DNA of 64,000 nucleotides from Octopus sinensis (Eukaryota), in assembly GCF_006345805.1 (NCBI RefSeq), contig NC_043004.1, positions 42,656,001 through 42,720,000 of the forward strand. The letters are read 5' to 3'. The notes under the pieces were generated by a model. The model was not told the origin of the DNA. It saw only the letters and a list, made by a program, of their open reading frames with translations, and did no database searches. Position 1 is the first letter of the stretch, and each line of letters begins with the position of its first letter. This document shows positions 54,742-64,000 of the stretch, in pieces. A program made the translations under genes and the position numbers.

Positions 54742-55161
54742 TTACATTTTTTGTTTTTTTCTGAGTTTTCCCTTGTCTTCGATCTCTTTCTTCTTTTGGG
54801 GGTAATAACTCCCTCGCTCTCCTCCTTTGATTCTTTCACTTTTCTTCTTGTCTTTATCTTTCTTGGTACAGTCCTTGTCTACTTGTTCAGCTTCTGTTTG
54901 TACTTTCTCCTGCATCCTTTCTTTCTTTTGCTCTTTCTTCTGTTCCTTTTCCACTGTCTGTTCGCTTTGTGTGAATTCATATAAGGGACACACGGTCCTT
55001 ATGTGTCCTCGTACTCCGCATAGATAGCAATTAGGTCTCATTCCCTCCACTACAACATTTAGCGTCATTTCATTCTCAACCTCGATCTGGTAGGGGATTC
55101 TCTCGATGTCTTCGATTGTGGCGACAAGCCACATTTCGACTCCAAATCCCCGCCGGTTCAA
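54742..55161 (-). pseudogene. L1/Tx1-like ORF1 (gag-like) fragment with CCHC zinc knuckle
   Basis: IPYQIEV..MTLNVVVEGMRPNCYLCGVRGHIRTVCP (CX2CX4HX4C), followed by a K/E-rich tract. Confidence 0.65.
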
Positions 55162-55192
55162 CGTATTTGTTTCACCAACTGATCTAATTCTA

Positions 55193-56458
55193 TTAGGCTG
55201 TCAAGAAAGTTCTTGCGGTTTTTAACCTTTAAATTCAGATGCACATATTTCGGCTCAAACAAAACTTTATGCATCAAAATAAACACCATCAGAATCAACA
55301 TTTTGCCAACGCGAAACAATTTTATTTATGCCAGTAGAGTAAAAATCCTGCGATCTCATGGCGATGAAGTCGTTGAAGGTGTGTTCGGCATCGTCTTGGG
55401 TTTTGAAGCATTTATCACGCAGAAAGTTGTCGAAATGCTTGAAAGAGACGTAGTCGATAGGCGAGAGGTCTGGTGAATATGGCAGATGAAACAGAGATTC
55501 ATAGCCCAATTCGTTCAACTACTGCAGGGTCAGCTGTGCGACATGCGGCCGAGCGTTGTCGTGGAAAAAAATTGGTCACTTTCTGTTGACCAATGCTTGC
55601 TGTTGTCGGATTTTCTTAAGCATTTCATCCATTTGCTGACAGTACTTCGCCGTCGTAATGGTTTCGCCTGGATCCAAAAAGCTGTGATGGGTGAAACCGG
55701 CCGCAGACCACTAAACAGTCACCATGACCTTCATTTGGTGCAACTTTGGCTTCAGGAAGTGCCGTCGAGATTCATCAGCGTCCATCCACTGAGCTGAGCG
55801 TTGCCGGTTATCGAAAGTATTCACTTTCATCGAAAGTTACAATTCGGTCGAGAAACAGGTCGTTCTTGTTTGCTTAAAAGAAGCGGAGGCGACACTTCAA
55901 AACTGAGTTTGTTTTTTTTTGGCTTGTCGTTCAATTCATGCGGTACCCATTTCTCAAGTATTTTTGTTTTTCTCTTTCAAGTGGTTAGAAATTGTCGTGT
56001 ACGTTACGTGTAAGCTTTCGAACAGATGTGTGTGGATTGGATTCCACTTAGGCTCTTAGTTCATCGTTGTCGACATCCGATGCCCGACATCTGTGCTTAT
56101 CATCTTCAAGACTCTCGTCACCGCTACGACATTTCTTGAATCACCATTGTGCTGTACGTTAATTAGTGGTTCCTGGGCCAAACGCATCGTTGATATTGCG
56201 AACAGTTTCAGCAGCTTTTCGGCCTAACTTGAACTGGAATAATAAATTGTGCGAATTTGCTTTTTGCCATATTATATTTAACGTTCCGGATAAAATGGCC
56301 TAATCATTCAAAACGAAAAAGTGTAACACAATTAGATAGTGCGAAAAACGGACTTTAAAATGATATATAAAGTCAAGGTAATTTAACGAAAATTAATTTG
56401 AAAATACATCATTTAAAACAAAAATTAAAATTCCGCAAGAACTTTCTTGACATACTAA
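55193..56458 (-). mobile_element. Full-length decayed mariner (Hsmar1/cecropia-like, DD34D)
   Basis: TIR ttaggctgtcaagaaagttcttgcgg vs ccgcaagaactttcttgacatactaa (24/26) with TA duplication; HLPYSPDLSPIDY...SRWQ. Confidence 0.9.
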
Positions 56459-56460
56459 TA

Positions 56461-56595
56461 ATGGTAGCAGGGAGGCTGGGACCGGGGAATTTCTGCGCAA
56501 AGTAACTATTCCGAAGGAGATGATGTTAAACTTAGATAAATAAGTTATGTTTTTATTAAACATAACTAGTTGTGGAACCATTTGGTACCACTTCA
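56461..56595 (+). mobile_element. 3' end of the mariner begun at 53540
   Basis: W*QGGWDRGISAQSNYSEGD (W..RW..CI...G.YFEGD-like), followed by a terminal repeat-like end at TA. Confidence 0.65.
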
Positions 56596-56849
56596 TATAC
56601 ATGCACAAACACACACATGTACACATGATACAGTATTAGCGTCCCGAGAGGCTGGTGGTGTCCACAAAGGATGAAGATGTGTGACAAATTAGGAGATCCA
56701 AACACTGCTCGCACTTCCAGATGTAAGTGATGCATATCTCACTCAAAGTATTAGGAGAAAGATATTGCATTCCCTACAGAATATGTTGAGTGTTTCTTTC
56801 ATTTGCCCATTAATTAATGCGTATGCTAAGGTATACTTCTGCGTGTGTA

Positions 56850-56907
<58 letters not shown>

Positions 56908-56908
<1 letters not shown>

Positions 56909-57115
56909 CGGGAAGCTTATGAAAATAAACAAAAGACGAAGGCAGGTGGAATACAAACAAACAATTGTATTAGTATGGCGCTCAGGAATATAAATAAAAC
57001 AAGTCTTTTACGTTTCGAGCCTACGCTCTTCAACAGAAAGATACACAGAAAAGAAATACGGAGAGAAACAAGGAGAGAAAAAAATGCGTGTAGAAGCTAG
57101 CGAATCAACATGGCG
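56908..57115 (-). mobile_element. Short HHR-bearing element in (TA)n
   Basis: Second copy at 26907-27023; microsatellite flanks on both sides. Confidence 0.8.
57004..57041 (-). ncRNA. Minimal type I hammerhead-like motif (A6U, extra A)
   Basis: TCTTT / CTGTTGA / A / GAGC-GTAG-GCTC / GAA / ACGT / A / AAAGA. Confidence 0.6.
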
Positions 57116-57116
57116 A

Positions 57117-57152
<36 letters not shown>

Positions 57153-57186
57153 TGTATGTATGTATGTATGTATGTATGTATGTATG

Positions 57187-57238
<52 letters not shown>

Positions 57239-57299
57239 TATATATACATACATATAAACACGAGTTAGTCGACAGAGGAAAGAAAGGCGCTCAACCCAT

Positions 57300-58420
57300 A
57301 TATTGAGAGTTATTTAAATGTATTGAACAAAACGGTTTGATTGAAATTCATTGATACTCCGAATTTTATATGTGATACTAATCTTCAGCCATTTTGAATT
57401 TGAATGAGAGAAAGTGATTGTTATTACCGTAAGGTGGGCTGCGATTGGAGGAGCACGGTCAGGCGGTGTCGTGGTTTTTATATCACCAACAACGGTTACT
57501 AGGAAAATATAGCATGAGAAGCAGGAAATCGACCGCCTGATGGGCAGGAAACTGGTCCCGAGTGGTGTTTGCAAGTATAGTCAATTCAAGAAACAAACAA
57601 TTCCAAAATCAAATAATAAACAAAGAGAGAAAGAAAAACGAATGCGATGTCATATGGGCCGCATATCTTTTGTATCTGTTCGGAGAGGCCTTTCACATAG
57701 GGGAGCCCGACTGTGGACAATTTATCGGTATCATCCTCTCTTTTCTTCATAATTGAAGAGAGTATGCTTTTGGGGTAGTTGTTGCTTAATAGATTGTTAC
57801 TGAGCTTGATCATTTCTTCGTTGTGGGTATCACGATCGCTACACATATTAATTACTCCATATTATAGGCACTGAGCAATCCCCCTCTTTACACTGTATGG
57901 ATGGTGGGAGTTGAAGTTGAGCTTCAGAATACATACTTGGTGTGTGTTATTAATGCGTCCAGGAATGCTAACTGATTGTCTTTTTCTTTTGCCATTGTGA
58001 ACTGCATTGATGGCTTTATTGAGTTCACATGATCTAACAGCACTTGGCCAGATTATGAAGGTGCCATCAACATATCGCAACAATAGGGTTGGTTTTAGTG
58101 GTGTTGACCTTAAAGCCAATTTCTCAAATTATTCGACGTATATATTCGCTATTATCGGTAATAATGGCGAACCCATAGCTTAACCCTCTGGGTATATATC
58201 ATTGTCCATACTGAAGTAGATACTTTCTACACAGAAGGTCAACAATCCCATCAAGTTTCTTATTGGTATACAAGTGCGTTCTTTATATGGGTGTCTGTCA
58301 CTAGCTTTTTCATCAGTCAGCGATAGCGTTTCACCAGTTGGGACTTTGGCGAACAGACCCAGGTTCGAAATTTTCCCGAGATACCTGATGACGCCTGGAG
58401 GATATATCAACCGAAACGTT
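57300..58420 (-). mobile_element. Penelope-like element relic (RT and thumb; endonuclease region appears deleted)
   Basis: LFAKVP, AMGSPLSPIIANIYVE, LRYVDG, NFNSHHPYSVKRG, LPYVKGLSEQI; the lower boundary is approximate. Confidence 0.85.
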
Positions 58421-59306
58421 ATGTTAACATCAAACCAGTTGAGGACAAATATTCGTCAAATGTAAATAATGTAAATGAGGTACATGTTTCCTCATCTCTT
58501 AAGTATAGAACTTAAGTATAGTTTATTATTCAAATATATTTTTTACTCCCTAAAACATTACCTTACCTATAAATTTACTCCATATCTGCTTTCCTTTTAC
58601 TACTTTTCCTCGCTAAATTCTGCTATTGTATATCTCAGTACCATTTTAGTTACTTTTGTATTTATATTTTAAAACCGGTGTACATATTAAAGAGTTTCAA
58701 TGTATTTCAGTAACCTATCGACAATAATTCATAAATATAAATATAGACAGTAAATTATCGTACATTTCATTTTCTGTTTCTTTTACGCTTTCGTTATTTT
58801 TGAATCTAAATATCATACCCGATACACATTAAATATTAAATATTTTTATAGAAAATAATCGTTAAATGAGAACGTCTATAAATTTTCCCCCTATTTGCAC
58901 ACACTTTACAATTATTAATATCACTTATATTTTGGTTTCATATCTACCATTAATAATTTACTAAACTTCAAACTCTATTAATTAGATACATATTAGAGCC
59001 TGAATTCATATCTATAACTTTAATCATTAAACCTTATTTACTTAGTCATATATAAATAACATTCCCTTGCTAAAATGCTTTCTATATTCGTTATATTTCT
59101 TAATTTACCATGCTAAAGACAACAATCATATAACTCATAACCATTCCTTTCCAATATTATCTCTTTATTTTATTTATATACGAAAACAATCTTACTAAAA
59201 CATTAAAAAATATATTAAAAACACTTTAGCATAGAGTATATATATATATATATCATTATAAACTGTTGAAATACGCCCATACCTGTATGCCTGACTGTGT
59301 GTGTGT

Positions 59307-59394
<88 letters not shown>

Positions 59395-61790
59395 CATATA
59401 CTTATATGTGTGTGTATATGTATGTGTGCGTATATGTATTTATATATATATATATCAGTTTATTTTTGGCTTATGGATGTCTGTGCTTATATTTATGTGT
59501 ATACGTATGCTCAATAAAATACGTATGAGTAACTATGAATTCGATGTCCATGTCCCAACGTCCTATTGCAATCATCTGAAATATGCATTTAAATACGCAT
59601 TTACATATTCTAACGCCTAACGCTTTATAAGTTTTACTAGATACTCATTATAACGGTTACTTTTCAAACTTCCATCTATCCTCGATTTTGATCATGCCAT
59701 ATATTGCTACTCTTCTATATCTTTCCACAAATAAATATCACCAAACAAATAAAATTTCATAGAATCAATTTTTTAAATTTTATATTTTACTTTTATATTT
59801 TGAGTTTTATTTTATTTACTCCATCAGGTTCGGTTTATTTTTATCTCTTGGCTATATCTTATATATTTGTTCTCTAATATATGGTATATTCATGAATATA
59901 TAAAGCCCATCACTTAGATACTCTTACGATATATAGCTTTTAACTTCATTAACCAAGTAATATTCTAAGCATCCTACAAAAGAAAAATGATTACCTAATT
60001 TCCATGAGCTTAGAATTAATTCGAAGAAGTCCTGCCACCATATACTTAGAATATGATACCGTTCTTAATATTTAACCAAATGGTTAGAATTTTTGATCAA
60101 CTAGGTAGTAGGACTGAAACATATATGTAGGTTCTTTTATTTAATTTTTTTAGCTTTAAAATTGGTAATCAAATTATTTGTACCGTTACGTGTTTTAAAA
60201 GGAATTTTCATCATTTTATAACAAACAAATAAATTATTCATACAACCATTATTTCTGCATATTCTTTTTCACTCAATATTGATGATAGTATATAATTTCC
60301 ATAATGCCTAACATATACCAGTGACTCTAGCATTATAGGATAGAGTTTAACCAGTGGAATAACTTGGATTATATAATCCCTAATGAGGATATAACCTCCT
60401 TGAATTAACTATATACATGCATGCATACACACACACATGTATATAGAATAACGTATGATGTATCTTAACCGCAAGGTTTCATACTCCTGAAAACTGATTC
60501 CTCATACCAGTACAAATTATAGTTTTAATCTCAGTCACTTCACTTACATAGGCATTGCATTTAGTGAACACATCAATGTTAAAATTTCTCTATAATTTTC
60601 TTCCTAATGAACGGAGGTTTTGTCAAATGATAGTAAACTATTTTCTAATATATCTTATTCTTTTATACTATTAACGCTGAGTGTCCCATAAGTGAAAAAG
60701 AAAAACCTCAACGTTGTTTCTCCGCATTTCGGTAAACTTCTGTGAAATCTAGTGCCTGCATAGGAAACTTGAAGAAATCGATGTTATAAATCTACTTATT
60801 TTACTATCTATGAATAAACAGTTTATGTAATATATTATATCTTAACGGTCACACCACTATGGAATGATGTACGCTGCGTTTTTAAACAGCAATATAACGT
60901 TTGATTTATGCTTTCTTTTGATTCTTTGAAATATAGTTTCTTATGCATTATTGCATTGTCAAAGAACCATTAGGAAACCAGCAGGGTAAAATGATTTAGG
61001 CATTAACGGGGTGGTTTCACACAAAAGGCTAACTGAAATACATAATTGGTTTCTGAATTCTAAAATGTTTTATTACTGTAGTGTTTCCTACACTGCTGTA
61101 TTGTTATTCTAAAAGATATTTATGAATTTTACATATGCTATTCACAATATTTTATTTGACATAATGCAAACAATAACAGTAAATCTCATATTCAGAATAC
61201 AGAAATATTTATGAGTTTTATTTCTGTTCATTCTGTAATAAAATATTATGGGATGTTAATGAATGATGGAAAAGTACAATTGGCTTCGGTTAAAAGGTGT
61301 AAAATTGGGTTAAGACCTTCAAACATTTCACAAGGTGAAATATGATAGAAATGAAGTCAAATTCAGAATATAAACAGGTCTGAATATCTTGATTATCTGT
61401 GATTATCGCCTACTGGCTTAACAGGCATATTTCCAAATGTTTGTTATGCGGGTGAATGGGGTTACAGTCTCCTTAGACGGTAGGCTCACTATTTGTCTAT
61501 GAATTCTGTGAAATGTTCATTGTCAGAAAAATACGGGAACAATATCAGTTCCAGATGGAAATATTTCTGCTAAACTACGAATTCGGGGAGGTGAACAGCA
61601 CTTCGTTTAAGAAGAGAACCACTGAAGATAGTGAGTGACATATTCTCAAGAACATTCTTCAAATCTTGCGTGATGTCATTATGATGAAAGTACAGTGTGG
61701 TATATTAACAGATGACAACGTTATGTGTCAACTAGAATCCTGTCCATTTTATGCGGAGAAAAAAGCTTAACATTCTGCCCAAAGTTATGC

Positions 61791-61938
61791 TATCAGTTCA
61801 AATTCTGCTGAGGTCGAGTTTGCCATTCTTCTCTTTGAGTTCGATGAAATAGTTTCCATTTGCTCACTGGGGTAAATTGAATCGACTTGCCCTCTACTCC
61901 CCAAATTTCAGGCATTGTAATTATAGTAGAAAAGATTA
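61791..61938 (+). mobile_element. SINE family B fragment, diverged
   Basis: agttcaaattctgctgaggtcgagtttgcc...ccccaaatttcaggc...gtagaaaag. Confidence 0.7.
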
Positions 61939-63184
61939 TGTGTTATCACTAATTAAATGGTAATAGCACTTTCGATTTGTAGCTCAACATCTAATCAGAA
62001 AATATTATGGTCTTGAAAAGTAATTTAGTACGGACATTGACATAAATTACTGATTCCCCAAAAATTTATTTTACCATTTGAAACCTGTTGGAAATTCTTT
62101 GAAGGTGAGTAAAATCATGAAGTGTTATGCGATTGTGTTCTTGGGTTGTCTATTGAATAAACATCGGAAGGAAAGTAAATGTTCATGCATAATGTGTTTG
62201 CTTCTGTTGGTCGAAACAGTACACTTGTTGTATGATTATTTTTGGCTGCGTGATACTGACGCCTATCTAGAAGTTGCATGTGTGTGGCGTATATTTATTA
62301 GGTTATCATCGGTGGTGGTGGTTGTATTTAATATGCCTACAAACGGGCTTCTGCTTTGCGCCCTACATCTTGTCGAGTATTATATAAGGATACATAGATG
62401 TTATAAATACGGTAAGTTACCAATTGTAGTTCGGTCTGCATGAATTTATTGAAGCGTGAAGGGAGATCTGTGAATTTTATAGTTCAAAATGCCAGTTATT
62501 GAATTACGCCCGCTTCTATTCGATATACATTTTGTAGGAAGCGTATGGTGATTATATAAAAAGTGATCCTATATCTATCTATTTATCTAACTATCTACCT
62601 ATCTGTTTGTCTGTCTGTCTGTCTGTCTCTCTATATATAAGTGAGTAAATGGTGGGGTTGTATTAACTGCGCGTGGAGAAATGATAGTAGAGGAAAACAT
62701 AATAAGGCAGAATGCTAAATATAAATGGGTGTATGGAAAATTTAAAATGAAATCACACCGCCTTTCATTCAAGGCAAATTTTCAAGATTTGTAAGGGGAC
62801 ATTTTTTTTTCAAATGTGGAAGGGGAAAAAAGAAATTTACAATGTCTTTCTCAAAAAAAATGAATATATACAAAAATTAATAAATAAGTATACCAATACA
62901 TTGTAGTGGCTTTATGCTTTTAGAGTTCAATATTAGTCCATGGAAAAACTTCTTTGGGGCATTAGGATGCACGTGTTTAAGTGTAGTGTTTTGTTTGAAA
63001 ATGTTGTGTCAAAACTGGAAATAGAGTAGGAGTTATCCAGTTCCCGTGAATAAGGGGAGACAAGTCTGTGGATTTTACACACTTTAATTGGAATACTGAA
63101 TTTTTTGTCAAACAGGATGCTTATATATATTTTTTGTCAGACAGGATGCTAGAACAAGGAATACTGTCACCGTGGAGTTTGCAT

Positions 63185-63625
63185 ATTAAGAAGCGTTTGG
63201 AATTTTTCAATAAGAAGATTCTCCTGGTTGATTCTTTCTTCTGTAGAGATTCTGTCTTTACATTGATAGAAAGAGAATATATGAAATTTGGGATTTTTAT
63301 TTCTAGCGCAAGAGTCTAAGTGGAATTTGACGGTATTGTGGGAGATTTATCTTTTCTTTTTGGACTGCTACTCTTCTGCGTAAAGGAAGTCTCGTTTGTC
63401 CGATATAATTGTGTTGGCAAGCGGCGCATGTAAGAACGTAGATGAAGTTCTCGGAGGAACAAGAGACGTTGGTCTTGATTTTAAACTTTGTTCCTTGTTT
63501 GAAAGTAAATTCAGAGTCTTCAAGTAGGAAGGAGCAGGTACCACAGTTAGGGCGTGCACATTATTTAACTGATGGGGTGGATGTGGTGTGTGAATTTTGG
63601 CATTTGTTTTTTGAAAGATTTATGT
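63185..63625 (-). pseudogene. GIY-YIG endonuclease of a Penelope-like element, with an upstream Cys cluster (Neptune-like)
   Basis: CARPNCGTC...CSSENFIYVLTCAACQHNYIGQTRLPLRRR...ERINQENLLIEKFQTLLN; one stop and one frameshift. Confidence 0.85.
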
Positions 63626-63679
63626 GACCATTTGCATTTAAAGATTTTATGTGTATTGATAATATCATTCATTTTTGGG

Positions 63680-63710
<31 letters not shown>

Positions 63711-64000
63711 TTATTTGTATATACGAGAATGAATGGAATAAGTAGTTTTCAAATCAAGATTTTGTCTACTTATCCTTTCCTGAAATATCGATTTAAAGTT
63801 TTAATAATTTATATAGTCTGTTGCTATATATGAGGGCCTATAAATCCGTTACTCTAAATTAACGTTCTGCTAATTAAGAATATAGGGATATATATACTTC
63901 TATTTGTTCTAATTCTACTATAACATTTATATATATGTATACTTTTCTCTGTATCACGCGCAGGTCAATTATGCATTCATAGATCAAAGAAACTACTGAA

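Noticed and set aside
58480-60350. G-poor, very AT-rich tract as a possible mitochondrial insertion
   Set aside because: No recognisable mitochondrial gene, tRNA or rRNA motifs found by eye.

Overview
AT-rich eukaryotic DNA dense in microsatellites, with no host gene I can recognise. The repeat families and composition suggest a cephalopod such as Octopus, which is an inference and not verified. Almost all recognisable content is transposon-derived. DNA transposons: a decayed hAT-like element with long imperfect inverted ends, several Tc1/mariner lineages (DD36E Incomer-like, DD37D maT-like, rosa-like and three mariners, one nested) and two MITEs. Retroelements: tRNA-type SINEs; R4/Dong-like RLE LINEs stacked in (TAA)n tracts, including an approximately 8 kb single-orientation pile-up at 40.4-48.6 kb; HERO-like and L1/Tx1-like fragments; and Penelope-like RT and GIY-YIG relics. 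The most striking observation is that at least four unrelated short non-coding elements carry minimal type I hammerhead-ribozyme folds. Their 3-8 tertiary pair co-varies: C3-G8 at 6.5 kb and 57 kb, U3-A8 at 18.1 kb, and G3-C8 at 23.4-23.5 kb. Two of them have a Penelope-like inverted-repeat-plus-tail architecture. All motif calls were made by eye; no searches or folding programs were run.
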